Below are positions 9,375 through 19,300 of a DNA stretch of 64,000 bases, piece by piece. The stretch is from a bacterium (GTDB taxonomy: Bacteria; SAR324; XYD2-FULL-50-16). Each line of letters starts with the position of its first letter. Positions within the stretch are counted from its first letter, which is position 1. The notes below the pieces were generated by a model. It did no database searches. It was not told the origin of the DNA and worked only from the letters and a program-made list of their open reading frames with translations. The translations under genes and the position numbers were made by a program. The stretch spans positions 86,049-150,048 of the forward strand of contig JAVVEA010000006.1 of the NCBI GenBank assembly GCA_032250835.1. Reading direction: 5' to 3'.

Positions 9375-10709
9375 TTGGACTTTATAATTTTTGTTCCCTT
9401 CCCTGACTATTGCTTTAGTCAAGACCCCCCTTGTTTAGGCGCCGGAAGTATCTCTGGTTATTTGAGCAGCAAAGGCTATGAAGCTTCCGTGGTGCCGGTG
9501 ACTAGTGCAGACCTCCCCAATATTTCTCAAAATCAATGTGATATTATCGGGATCAGTATTCTTGAGGATTCTTGGGAACTGGCGCAAAATATCGCCGCAA
9601 TTTATCAAGCTCAAGGTAGCAAGGTAATCGCAGGCGGCGTATTCACCTCAGTTTGCCCAGAGGAGGTACTGCAAAGCGGTCTTTTTGATGCAGTCTGTAT
9701 TGGAGATGGGGAATTAATCGCTCAAGTGTTCATTGAGCAAATTATGTCTGGCAGGCACGAGAACCTTAAAGGTTTGGTCTGGAACGATAAATATTTGGTT
9801 TCTGAGGCTCAGGATTTTTCCTACAACATACAAGAGGATCTTTCGTTATTCCAAAGTTCGGATTTTGGCTACAAATCATTTTTACCCATTAGTTCCTATT
9901 CAGATACTTCTCGAGTCATCTTAACGCCCCCTTCAGGCGACGAAACCGGTGCGACCTGCGAATTTATGTTTTCGCGGGGCTGTGGTTATCGTTGTACCTA
10001 TTGTCACAACTCAAATGAGGCGGTTCAAGACGTTCAATGGCTTCGATTTTACGACCTACGTTGCGTTATTGCTGATATTGAAAGAATCCACCAACAACAC
10101 AATTTGAGTAGAATTTGCATCTTAGACGATGATATTATTTCAAATTATCCCTATTTCCGGCAGTTTGTTGAACTCTATTCTAGCCGGATTCATCTCCCCT
10201 ATAGAGCATTTACTCGACCAGAAAAAATCAATGCCAGAACCGTAAAAATGCTCAAGGACTCGGGGTGCTATTTGATTTCCATGGGTCTGGAATCAGCAAA
10301 TCAAATGATCCGGGAGAAGGTGTTAAACCGGAAGATGTCTACCGAGCGCATAGCAAAAGCAATGCGGTTGTGCCGTGAAAATGGAATCCAAACGATCATC
10401 AACGTAATGATCGGCATTCCAGGTGAAACTGAAGAAGAGATTGAAGAGACGATTTCTTTTTTAGAAGAGAATCGACCTGATTTTGTGTTTGCTTCCATAT
10501 TCACTCCCTATAGGGGAACGAAAATCTACAATATTTGCAAAGAAGCGGGCTGGGATTTGCGAGCTTCAAATACCGGAGGAGTGCAGTACGGGAGCTCAAA
10601 AAATCCCTACTTTGTAGGCAAAGAATCTTATTTGCGGGCCTCTCTTCAGCGGTTGCAACAGCTTTCGCAAGTTCAGCCAATGGTAAGTAGCTGCAAAAGC
10701 ATAAAGTAA
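9375..10709 (+). CDS. Cobalamin-binding radical SAM protein (class B-like)
   Basis: N-terminal B12 domain (PPCLG..ISGYL, IAGGVF, CIGDGE); SRGCGYRCTYC CxxxCxxC; GLES, MIGIPGET, TPYRGT; TTG start with GAGGA SD. Confidence 0.9.
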   Translation: MDFIIFVPFPDYCFSQDPPCLGAGSISGYLSSKGYEASVVPVTSADLPNISQNQCDIIGISILEDSWELAQNIAAIYQAQGSKVIAGGVFTSVCPEEVLQSGLFDAVCIGDGELIAQVFIEQIMSGRHENLKGLVWNDKYLVSEAQDFSYNIQEDLSLFQSSDFGYKSFLPISSYSDTSRVILTPPSGDETGATCEFMFSRGCGYRCTYCHNSNEAVQDVQWLRFYDLRCVIADIERIHQQHNLSRICILDDDIISNYPYFRQFVELYSSRIHLPYRAFTRPEKINARTVKMLKDSGCYLISMGLESANQMIREKVLNRKMSTERIAKAMRLCRENGIQTIINVMIGIPGETEEEIEETISFLEENRPDFVFASIFTPYRGTKIYNICKEAGWDLRASNTGGVQYGSSKNPYFVGKESYLRASLQRLQQLSQVQPMVSSCKSIK

Positions 10710-10833
10710 TCAGTTTGTTGGCTCATCTTGTTTGTATTGTGAAAGGAGCACCAAAAGAGCTATTGGCAAATTTGATAATGCGCCCAAAAACCCATATTAT
10801 ACGGAATCAAAACACCTGTCGGAGCGGTTTCCA

Positions 10834-11574
10834 ATGAATACTTTGGAGTATATATCCTTGAATGAAAGTGACACCATTGATGGTTATCAGTTTTACCAGA
10901 ACTCGTTGGCGGCCGCCAATTGGGGGGAGGAGTTTGTGTGGTCGGGCGATGAACAACTGCCCGAGGAGTTGTTGCAATTTAGCATCGAAGTGGCAAGCCA
11001 GTCTTTTTATGCCGAACAGCTAGGAATGCTTGGGGCCATCAGGTTGACCGAGCGCTGTCAGGACGTGGGCATGCGCATGCATTTGGCCAGCGCGATCATG
11101 GACGAAGCCCGCCACACAAAAGTGTTTTTTGACTATCTTAAAAGTAAAAAATCGACGCCCCAGCCCCCCGCAACACACTGGAATGAGATTAATGGGGAAA
11201 TGGGCTCCGGCAAATCTCATTTGTACGGGTTTTATGCTCATACCATGCTTGAAAACCAAGCCCTTGTCTCCTTTGAATTGTTGCAAAACATATTTTTTCC
11301 ATTTGATTTAGGCAGTGTGTACAAAAAGGTGAAAAATGACGAGGCACGGCACGTAAAAATGGGGATCGAGTTTATCCAGAAACTCTCCTTGGAAACTCCA
11401 AAGCCAAGAGAAACCCTGGTACAAATACATGGAGAGGTTATGGAAAATTGCGGAATTAGTGACGAGGCCTGTCGATACTACGCCAAATATTCAGAGCTAA
11501 GTGATGCGCAAATTAAAGAGAAATTCGTGCACCGTCAGTCTTCAATGCTTAAAGCTGTAACCGGTCTCCCCTAA
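10834..11574 (+). CDS. Ferritin-like diiron protein
   Basis: Repeated E...DEARH / E...DEARH carboxylate-His ligand pattern; ATG at 10834 after GGAG. Confidence 0.8.
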   Translation: MNTLEYISLNESDTIDGYQFYQNSLAAANWGEEFVWSGDEQLPEELLQFSIEVASQSFYAEQLGMLGAIRLTERCQDVGMRMHLASAIMDEARHTKVFFDYLKSKKSTPQPPATHWNEINGEMGSGKSHLYGFYAHTMLENQALVSFELLQNIFFPFDLGSVYKKVKNDEARHVKMGIEFIQKLSLETPKPRETLVQIHGEVMENCGISDEACRYYAKYSELSDAQIKEKFVHRQSSMLKAVTGLP

Positions 11575-12045
11575 ATTTCGGTGACAATCGTTGGGAACCG
11601 CATGGTGCTCCATCTGGCTCTCATCGCAAAACCTATCCGATGTGGGGTCCCGAGAAAGGGCAAAATGTAGTTTGCGCTGGGTCCTTAGTTAGGTGTACCC
11701 TGCTGCAAAAATAAAAGTCTGTGCGGTTCTGGAGGACTCGAAGTTATCTGAGTTGCCCGGAATGATTTGGGCGGTTCCTGTGGATCTTAAGGCCCTGAAG
11801 TTAAAGGAGGTTGTGCGGGTGAAGGACGAGTAACCCAGCCTATAGCCGGTCAGGCCGATTTTCTCAAATGGCGCGGACGAACCCGAAGGCGGCATCCAAT
11901 TCGCATTCATCCTCGCGGCCAGCAAAACCGCCCCCACCTTGCAGCCTGAGACCGGCACTTCTCCTGGGCTGGTATTAGTGGGGGAAGTCGAATTAGCGGA
12001 GAGGATGTCCTTTACTGCTTGCGGTTAGGTGTCTAAAAGCAGTCG

Positions 12046-12318
12046 CTACAATTCCTGCCCGGTCACATGCTTGTGCAAAATCATGCTGATGTATGTTTGG
12101 TAGCCGAGGCCTGCGCGAGCGGCCTTGGCCTTGATCGCTTCTAGGTCGTTTGGGGCCAGGCGGAGATTGACTTTGGCGGACTTCTTTAGGGCTTCGGTGG
12201 CTAGCTTCTTCCAAGTGGCCTTTGAAAATTGAGGGTCCGAAACCCATTCTTCGGTTTCAAGGGATTCCATCAGTTCCGCTTCTTCGGCGTCGAAGGGCTT
12301 TTGATTGGTGTCACTCAT
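12046..12318 (-). CDS. CopG/BrnA-like antitoxin
   Basis: VNLRL..NDLEAIKAKAARAGLGYQTYISMILH ribbon-helix-helix; 4-nt overlap with the toxin gene. Confidence 0.8.
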   Translation of the reverse strand: MSDTNQKPFDAEEAELMESLETEEWVSDPQFSKATWKKLATEALKKSAKVNLRLAPNDLEAIKAKAARAGLGYQTYISMILHKHVTGQEL

Positions 12319-12581
12319 TCTTTAAACCTCTGGTTGTACTTTCGGCTTTTAAAGGCGGTCTTCAGGAAAATCCCCTGGCCGTCTTTTACGTAGGGCACGG
12401 CCCACACGTAGTTTTGACACCAAACCAGCAGAATACGCTGATGGTCCTTGGTAGGATGTTTGATGTCATCTATGGCCGCGTCCAATTGGACTGCTTGGGC
12501 TAATTCCTCAAAGGAAATCCCTCGTTCGGCGATCAACCACTCGTTTTTGTCTTCAGCCCATCGTAGGCAATCGTAGTCCAT
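12315..12581 (-). CDS. BrnT-like (DUF497-type) toxin
   Basis: W.EDKNEWLIAERGISFEE...YVWAVPYV...IFLKTAFKSRK. Confidence 0.8.
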   Translation of the reverse strand: MDYDCLRWAEDKNEWLIAERGISFEELAQAVQLDAAIDDIKHPTKDHQRILLVWCQNYVWAVPYVKDGQGIFLKTAFKSRKYNQRFKE

Positions 12582-12863
12582 GCCTAAATCGTAGGACAAA
12601 AGATAGACATTATCAAGTGGAAACCTAGAGCCCATGTCAGGCGAGTGTCCCAAAGTCTACTCGCTCAATTCGTTTGCCCCTTGCCCAGAGTTCCCGCCCA
12701 AAAGCCGCAGCCTTGCTCGATTTCTTCAGGGTTGCGCCACCCGCAACCTGACCCCCTTACCCGAGCCCCCACCAAACCCCAAAAAGGGTTGTCAAGCCCG
12801 GCGGGTTCTGGTATCAAGGTGGATACTCAAGCCAACAATAACCCTCCTCACCTCTTAGGCCCC

Positions 12864-14102
12864 ATGAAGTTACAGGTCGTCAAGGGAATGCGCGATTTGA
12901 GCGGTCCCGAGGCACGCGCTTTCAGTTATTTGGAAGCCGAAGCCCGGCGTATCTTTGGGCTTTATGGCTTTGAAGAGCTGCGTACGCCGCTGATGGAGTT
13001 CGTGGAACTCTTCACCAAGGGCATCGGCGAAGAGACGGATATTGTGGGCAAGGAAATGTATCTGCTCGAAGACCGCAAGGGGCAGAAGCTGGCCCTGCGG
13101 CCCGAAGGCACCGCTTCGGTGGTGCGGCATGTGGCGGTTTCGCAGGTGCTCAAACAAAAGAAGCAGGCCAAGTATTTTTACATGGGCCCCATGTTCCGTT
13201 ACGAACGCCCCCAAAAGGGCCGCTTCCGCCAGTTCCACCAGATTGGGGTGGAATCCTTCGGCGTTGAAGGGCCCGATGCGGACCTGGAAATGTTCTTGAT
13301 GCTGCGCCAATACTTTGCGGCCATCGAACTGACCGACGTGAGCTTCCAGATCAACAGCATCGGCTGCCAAGACCCTGGCTGCCGCCCGACCTTCAAACAG
13401 AAGCTGGTTGAGTACCTAAGCGCGCATAAAGAAGCGCTTTGCGAGGACTGCAACCGGCGCATGGAAACCAATCCCTTACGGGTCTTAGACTGCAAGGTGC
13501 CCGGCTGCATAGAAGTGACCCAGTCGGCCCCCAAGGCTATCGACTGGCTATGCGAGCCCTGTGACAGCCACTTTAAGGAATTGACGGCGCTGCTCGAAGA
13601 CAACGGCATCCAATTTGAATTAAACCACCGGCTGGTTCGGGGTTTGGATTATTATTCGCGCACCGTTTTTGAGGTCTATTCGGCCAACCTGGGGGCCCAA
13701 AGTGCGGCCGGAGGTGGCGGGCGTTTTGATGGGCTCTTTGAGCAATATGGTCAAGAATCGGTGCCCAGTATCGGTTTTGCGCTGGGCCTCGACCGCTTGG
13801 CGCTGCTCGCACCCGAGCCGCCCGCCGGGGAGGCACCGGTTTTTGTGATTGGCTTTGAGCGGGCCGCTACGGTAAAATTAGTGGCCGCCGTAAGAAATGC
13901 CGGTAAGGGCTGTTTTTATGATCCGGGATTTGCTAGCATGAAAAGTCAGTTCAAGCAGGCCGACAAGGCAGGGGCCCGGTTTGTGATGATTTTAGGCGAA
14001 GAAGAGGTTAAGTCGGGCCAAGTGGCCTTAAAGGATTTGTCTACCGGTGAACAGGATCGGGTGGACATAGCAACGGCCCTGGCAAGGGTAACGGAGGCTT
14101 AA
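12864..14102 (+). CDS. hisS: Histidyl-tRNA synthetase
   Basis: KGMRD, LRPEGTA, FRYERPQKGRFRQFHQ, LVRGLDYY, GGGGRFDGL. Confidence 0.97.
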   Translation: MKLQVVKGMRDLSGPEARAFSYLEAEARRIFGLYGFEELRTPLMEFVELFTKGIGEETDIVGKEMYLLEDRKGQKLALRPEGTASVVRHVAVSQVLKQKKQAKYFYMGPMFRYERPQKGRFRQFHQIGVESFGVEGPDADLEMFLMLRQYFAAIELTDVSFQINSIGCQDPGCRPTFKQKLVEYLSAHKEALCEDCNRRMETNPLRVLDCKVPGCIEVTQSAPKAIDWLCEPCDSHFKELTALLEDNGIQFELNHRLVRGLDYYSRTVFEVYSANLGAQSAAGGGGRFDGLFEQYGQESVPSIGFALGLDRLALLAPEPPAGEAPVFVIGFERAATVKLVAAVRNAGKGCFYDPGFASMKSQFKQADKAGARFVMILGEEEVKSGQVALKDLSTGEQDRVDIATALARVTEA

Positions 14103-15419
14103 ATGAAATTGGGCGTACTCAGTTCCAACTACAAACATACCGCCGTCGAAGTCCGCGAACAATTGGCGGTGCCTCAAGATCAGGTCAAAGACCTCATCGC
14201 CTACCTCAAGCGGGCCGCTGGGCTCAACGAGGTGATGGTGCTTTCCACCTGCAACCGCGTGGAAATCTACTTTGAGGCCGACAACCCGATCAAGGTGATC
14301 GACATTGTCGAGCAGTCCTTTTTCGACTTCTTAAGCCTCGATCCGGGCTTGGAGACGGGCGTGCACATGAGCCGCGCCTTGGGGCGCGATGCCTTGGAAC
14401 ATATCTACCGGGTGACTTCCTCTTTAGAATCCATGGTCATCGGCGAGCCGCAGATTACCGGCCAAGTCAAAGATTTCTTCCACCTCAGCGTGGAAGCCGG
14501 GGGCTGTGGGTTTACGCTCAATCAGGTCTTCAACCGCGCCTTGATGACCGCCAAGCGGGTCCGCAACGAAACCCAAATCGCCAAGTACGCCGTTTCCATC
14601 AGCTTCGCGGCGGTAGAACTAGCCAAGCGCATCTTCGACGACCTCTCGGACAAAACCATCTTGATCATCGGTGCCGGAGAGATGGCCGAATTGGCGGTGG
14701 CCAACCTGCTTAAGGCGGGATGCTCGCACGTTCTGGTCACCAACCGGACCTTCAGCCGCGCGGTCAGTCTGGCCGAACAGTTCAACGGCTCGGCGGTGCG
14801 CTTTGAGCAGATGGACAAAAACCTAGAGGCCGCCGACATTGTGATCAGCTCCACCGGGGCCAAGGGTTTTATCTTAAAGCCCGATATGGTTTCCAAGGCG
14901 ATCAAGAAGCGCAAACAGCGCCCCATGTTCTTGATCGACATCGCCGTTCCGCGCGACATCGACCCCGAAATCAACGAGGTGAACGGTGCCTTTGTCTACG
15001 ACATCGACGACCTGCAAAACGTGGTGGATGCCAACCTGAAAGAGCGCGAAAAAGAAGCGGCCCGCGCCCAGGTGATCATCGAAGAAGAACTGAACCGTAC
15101 CGACGAATGGCGGGCGACCCTAGACGTGGTCCCGACCATCAAAAACCTGCGCGACAGCATCTTGGCATTGGCCCAAGAGGAGCTTGATAAGGCTTTTGCC
15201 CAGATGGGCGAGCTTTCGGACAAGCAAGAACGCGCCCTGCGCGGAGCCCTAAACGGCTTGGCCTATAAAGTTTTGCACCAACCGACGGTGATGCTCAAAC
15301 AAGCCGCCAAGGAATCGACCCAAAAGGGGCAGGAATTCTCGGGGGTGCTCAACGAACTCTTTAATCTCCAGCCCACCGAAGAGCAGCAAAGCCCCAAAAA
15401 GGTGCTGCAGCTAAAATAA
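14103..15419 (+). CDS. hemA: Glutamyl-tRNA reductase
   Basis: LSTCNRVE, SMVIGEPQITGQVK, GAGEM, DIAVPRDI. Confidence 0.97.
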   Translation: MKLGVLSSNYKHTAVEVREQLAVPQDQVKDLIAYLKRAAGLNEVMVLSTCNRVEIYFEADNPIKVIDIVEQSFFDFLSLDPGLETGVHMSRALGRDALEHIYRVTSSLESMVIGEPQITGQVKDFFHLSVEAGGCGFTLNQVFNRALMTAKRVRNETQIAKYAVSISFAAVELAKRIFDDLSDKTILIIGAGEMAELAVANLLKAGCSHVLVTNRTFSRAVSLAEQFNGSAVRFEQMDKNLEAADIVISSTGAKGFILKPDMVSKAIKKRKQRPMFLIDIAVPRDIDPEINEVNGAFVYDIDDLQNVVDANLKEREKEAARAQVIIEEELNRTDEWRATLDVVPTIKNLRDSILALAQEELDKAFAQMGELSDKQERALRGALNGLAYKVLHQPTVMLKQAAKESTQKGQEFSGVLNELFNLQPTEEQQSPKKVLQLK

Positions 15420-15423
15420 TCTT

Positions 15424-16359
15424 ATGAAAAAGTTGCTGACCATTGCCACCCGCGACAGCCTTCTGGCGCTTTGGCAAGCCGAATGGGTCAAGGCCCAGAT
15501 CCTCAAGAATTTTCCGGGCGTCGAAGTCCGGCTAGAAAAAATCAAAACCCAGGGCGACAAAATCCTAGACACCCCGCTTTCGAAGATCGGCGGCAAGGGG
15601 TTGTTTGTCAAAGAACTGGAAGTGGCCATGCTCGAAGGCCGCGCCGATATTGCGGTGCATTCCATGAAAGACGTGCCCGCCGAACTACCCGAAGGGTTGG
15701 AAATTTCGGTGATCACCGAACGGGAAACGCCGGACGATGCCTTTGTCTCGAACCGCTATAAAAGCTTTAAGGACCTGCCCCCAGGTGCGGTCTTGGGCAC
15801 CAGTTCCCTGCGGCGCGGGGCCCAGGCCCTGGCGGCTAGGCCGGACCTGAAGGTAGAAAGCCTGCGCGGTAACGTGCAGACCCGGTTGCGCAAGCTCGAC
15901 GAAAACCAATTTGACGGGATCATGCTGGCGGCGGCCGGTTTGGTCCGTTTGGAGTTACAAGAGCGCATTGCGGAGCTGATGGACCACCAGACCTGCCTAC
16001 CGGCCCTGTGCCAGGGGATTGTGGGGATTGAGTCTCGGGTCGGTGATTTGGAAACTTTAGAACTGATCACCGCACTGCGCCACCAGCCGACCGAAGTGGT
16101 CACCGCCGCCGAGCGGGGCCTGCTCAAGCGGCTTAATGGCGGCTGCCAAGTGCCTTTTGCCGGTGAGGCGATTCTGCTCGATAATGGCCGGATCAAGATG
16201 GAAGCGCTGGTGGCCACACCAGACGGAACCCAGGTGATCCGCCTGCAAGATGAAGACGACCAAGCCAACGCCGCCCAATTGGGTCTGCGGTTGGCCGAAA
16301 GACTGCTGGAATCGGGGGCGCGCGAAATCCTCTCGGCCTTAGGGATCGAGACGCACTAG
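15424..16359 (+). CDS. hemC: Hydroxymethylbilane synthase
   Basis: ATRDSLLALWQA, GGKGLFVKELE, VHSMKDVP, GTSSLRR, LRGNVQTRL, GGCQVP. Confidence 0.97.
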   Translation: MKKLLTIATRDSLLALWQAEWVKAQILKNFPGVEVRLEKIKTQGDKILDTPLSKIGGKGLFVKELEVAMLEGRADIAVHSMKDVPAELPEGLEISVITERETPDDAFVSNRYKSFKDLPPGAVLGTSSLRRGAQALAARPDLKVESLRGNVQTRLRKLDENQFDGIMLAAAGLVRLELQERIAELMDHQTCLPALCQGIVGIESRVGDLETLELITALRHQPTEVVTAAERGLLKRLNGGCQVPFAGEAILLDNGRIKMEALVATPDGTQVIRLQDEDDQANAAQLGLRLAERLLESGAREILSALGIETH

Positions 16360-16366
16360 GAGCTTT

Positions 16367-17137
16367 ATGGAACTGGCAGGCCTGCATGTCCTGACCACCC
16401 GCGAATCCTTAGGGCCCGACCAACTCTCGGACCTCTTGGCGGCCCAAGGGGCTAGGGTGACCTCTATCCCTACCATCTCACTACTTCCCCCCGAAGATTG
16501 GGGCCCCTTCGACCAAGGGGCGGCCCAGTTGGACCAATATGCCTGGATGGTCTTCACTAGCATCAACGCGGTGCTGATGGCCAAACAGCGGATGGACCAA
16601 TTGGGGATCACCCAGTTGCCGCCGGGGCTTAAGGTGGCTGCGGTAGGCTCGAAAACCGCCGCCGAAATCAAGCGGGCTGGTTGGCCGCTGAACTTGGTGC
16701 CCAAAGACTTCCAGGCCGAAGGGCTGATCCGCGAGTTTGAAAAATTGCGCCTAGGCGGCCTGAAGATATTTTTCCCCCGCGCCGAAGAGGGCCGCGAAAC
16801 GCTGGTCGCCGGGTTGGGCTTTTTAGGGGCCCAGGTAACTTTGGCCCCGGTCTACCGCAACGAGCCCGCTTGGGAAAATCAGGAAGCCCTAGAAAACTGC
16901 CTTGCCAACGACCCCCCGCACTGGATCACCTTCACCAGCGGCTCTACGGTACGCAATTTCTTTTCTATTGTAGAGCGCCTCCCCAACCAACTCCCGCGCC
17001 TCGCCTCGATCGGCAAAGTGACCACCGCCGAACTACGCAAGGAACACTGCATCCCCGATTTCACCGCCCACCCCCAAACCTTAGAGGGGCTGGTGCAAGG
17101 GATGATCGACAAAGAGAATCATGACCCCTCGCTTTAG
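16367..17137 (+). CDS. hemD: Uroporphyrinogen-III synthase
   Basis: VFTSINAV, AVGSKTA, FTSGSTV, IGKVT; directly follows hemC. Confidence 0.92.
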   Translation: MELAGLHVLTTRESLGPDQLSDLLAAQGARVTSIPTISLLPPEDWGPFDQGAAQLDQYAWMVFTSINAVLMAKQRMDQLGITQLPPGLKVAAVGSKTAAEIKRAGWPLNLVPKDFQAEGLIREFEKLRLGGLKIFFPRAEEGRETLVAGLGFLGAQVTLAPVYRNEPAWENQEALENCLANDPPHWITFTSGSTVRNFFSIVERLPNQLPRLASIGKVTTAELRKEHCIPDFTAHPQTLEGLVQGMIDKENHDPSL

Positions 17138-18134
17138 CGACGATCCGCGCGCCGCCTTGAAAGCTCTGCCCAAGGCGGAGCTGCATGTGCACCTCGAAGG
17201 GTTTATGGATTTGGAAGCTTGGGCACAGATGACCCAGCGACAAGCGAGCTGGACGCCTCAGCGGCAGTTGGAGATGGAAGGGCACTTTGCCTTTAAGACC
17301 TTCCCCTTTTTTCTTAAGTGTTTTGGCGCGGTGATCTTCTCCTTTGAAGGGCCTGAAGATTTTTACCAATTGACCCAAAGGGCGCTGTCCCAGCTGATCG
17401 AGCAGGGGGTGGTCTATGCGGAAGTGATGCTGACGCCCGCCTTTTTTGTGAACCGGGGGATTGATTTTTTTGACCTAATGGCCGAGATCCACCGGGCGGC
17501 AAAAGAGGTAGCTGACCGTATCGAGTTGAAGTTGATCTTTGACGGAGCCCGCAACTTTGGCCCTGAGTCGGTGGCCCAAAACTTCAAGCTCGCCGCCCAG
17601 GACCGTACCGGGCTGGTGATCGGCGCAGGACTCGGCGGCGATGAAGCCAACTTCCCGGCCCGGTTGTTTAAAGATCAGTTTGACTGGGCCAAGGCCCAGG
17701 GCCTTCGCCTGACCTGCCACGCCGGCGAAGCGGCAGGCGAAGGTTCAATGATTGAGGCCGTGGAGTTGCTGGGCGCGGACCGCCTGGGTCATGCTTTGGG
17801 GCTGGTCCCAGGCAGCCGGGCCGAGGCCTTGGTGTTGGAACGCCAAGTCACCTTAGACCTTTGCCCCCATTCAAACCTAACCACTGGCGTGATCAGCAGC
17901 CTCAAGGTCCACCCGCTCCCGAGTTATTTATTGCGCGGCTACCGGGTAACTCTAAACTCCGACGACCCTGGCTTCTTCGGCAGCAACCTGTTGGACCAAT
18001 ATTTTTGGGCCGCCGAAGATTTGGGGCTGGATTGGGAGGTTTTAAAGGGCTTGGCGCGGAGCTCTTTTGAGGGCAGTTTCTTATCCCCGGCCCAGCGCCA
18101 AATTTGGCTCGATTCGCCTGCATTACAGGGCTGA
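17121..18134 (+). CDS. add: Adenosine/adenine deaminase
   Basis: LPKAELHVHLEG, HAGE, RLGHA, CPHSN, NSDDP. Confidence 0.9.
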   Translation: MTPRFSDDPRAALKALPKAELHVHLEGFMDLEAWAQMTQRQASWTPQRQLEMEGHFAFKTFPFFLKCFGAVIFSFEGPEDFYQLTQRALSQLIEQGVVYAEVMLTPAFFVNRGIDFFDLMAEIHRAAKEVADRIELKLIFDGARNFGPESVAQNFKLAAQDRTGLVIGAGLGGDEANFPARLFKDQFDWAKAQGLRLTCHAGEAAGEGSMIEAVELLGADRLGHALGLVPGSRAEALVLERQVTLDLCPHSNLTTGVISSLKVHPLPSYLLRGYRVTLNSDDPGFFGSNLLDQYFWAAEDLGLDWEVLKGLARSSFEGSFLSPAQRQIWLDSPALQG

Positions 18135-18209
18135 TTAGAGCGGCCTTTTGCGCTGTGTTGGGGGGTCGAACTTTCCGGTAAAAGATCCGGATTGACTCTC
18201 TTCGGGGAC

Positions 18210-18725
18210 TTAGCCCTCGCGGCCCTGTTCTTCGTCTATGTAGAAATAGAGCATGTCCAATTCGGGCGGCTGGGCATAGGTGCCCGAAAGTTGGTCGTGG
18301 ACCTGACCTCGGTGGTGGGTTTGGTGGTTGAAGACATGGCTCAACAGCTCGACCAACAACCGCCGTCCCACGATGTCGGGCCGGGTAACTGAATGGTATT
18401 CAATATGCTGGGTTAGCTGGGCCTCGGTGACGCCGTTCAGCCATTCGAGCCAATGTTCGTCGGCAACGCTACGGGCCGCTTTGAGGCTAGCTAGGTCAGG
18501 GTAGAGCACCTGATCCATACCGGCCGGTTGGAACTCACGTCCCATGGCGCGGGCTTTCCAGAGCTGATCGACCAAGAGGATGTGGTTGAGGCAAGCGTGG
18601 ATGGAGCCAAAAAACATCGGGCGGCTCATCAGATAATCCTCTTCGCTCAAGAAACTGCAACTACGATAAATCCGCCGGTTGGCCCAGCGGTTATACCGGG
18701 CAAGCGTTCGGAAGTATTCGATCAT
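18210..18725 (-). CDS. DinB/YfiT family protein
   Basis: YNRWAN, FGSIHACLNHI, HVFNHQTHHRGQ. Confidence 0.9.
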   Translation of the reverse strand: MIEYFRTLARYNRWANRRIYRSCSFLSEEDYLMSRPMFFGSIHACLNHILLVDQLWKARAMGREFQPAGMDQVLYPDLASLKAARSVADEHWLEWLNGVTEAQLTQHIEYHSVTRPDIVGRRLLVELLSHVFNHQTHHRGQVHDQLSGTYAQPPELDMLYFYIDEEQGREG

Positions 18726-19300
18726 TTGAGGCCCTCTAGTTTTTTGATGGCCAGCCATTGAAGTGCCACGATGCTTTTGGAGTCTGTTAGCTTACCCTGT
18801 TTGATTTGGTCCAATAGGTCCGTAAAGGGCACTTCAAGAACCCGCAAATCTTCATGTTCGTGGGCCAAACCGCCGCCTAATTCCATTTTGTCTGCGTCGC
18901 CCACTTCTCCATAATAGAGATGGATCAACTCGTCGGAGACGCCCACGCTGGCGTAAAAGGAGGTCCAATGTTGGAGTTCTTTAACTTGGTAACCGGTTTC
19001 TTCCATCGACTCGCGTACACCGCAGTCTTGCGGTGACTCGCCGGGATCAATCAGCCCGCCGATGACTTCGGTGGTCCAGCCGTCGCCGGTTTTGGTGGAA
19101 GAATAGCGGAATTGTTCGACCATCACACAGGTGCCCCGGTCGCGGTTTTCCAGCAATACGGCCACCACCTCGGGCCGTTCGAGGTGGTAACGCCGCACCT
19201 TCATCGGCGGCCCGTTGAAGCAGTCGTGGGTGACCTCTACCCGGTCAACCCGGAAGAATTCGCCAAAGATGCGGTCTTTGGTGTGGATTTCATAGTTCAT
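18722..19300 (-). CDS. NUDIX hydrolase (ADP-ribose pyrophosphatase-like)
   Basis: GGLIDPGESPQDCGVRESMEETG Nudix box; EQFRY. Confidence 0.9.
   Translation of the reverse strand: MNYEIHTKDRIFGEFFRVDRVEVTHDCFNGPPMKVRRYHLERPEVVAVLLENRDRGTCVMVEQFRYSSTKTGDGWTTEVIGGLIDPGESPQDCGVRESMEETGYQVKELQHWTSFYASVGVSDELIHLYYGEVGDADKMELGGGLAHEHEDLRVLEVPFTDLLDQIKQGKLTDSKSIVALQWLAIKKLEGLK

Noticed and set aside
11693-11833. 46-aa GTG-start ORF (VYPAAKIKVC...) after the island
   Set aside because: No clear RBS or family; may be a gene fragment
12645-12863. N-terminal extension of hisS in the ORF track
   Set aside because: Homology starts at MKLQVVKGMRD (12864); the upstream part looks like promoter/intergenic sequence
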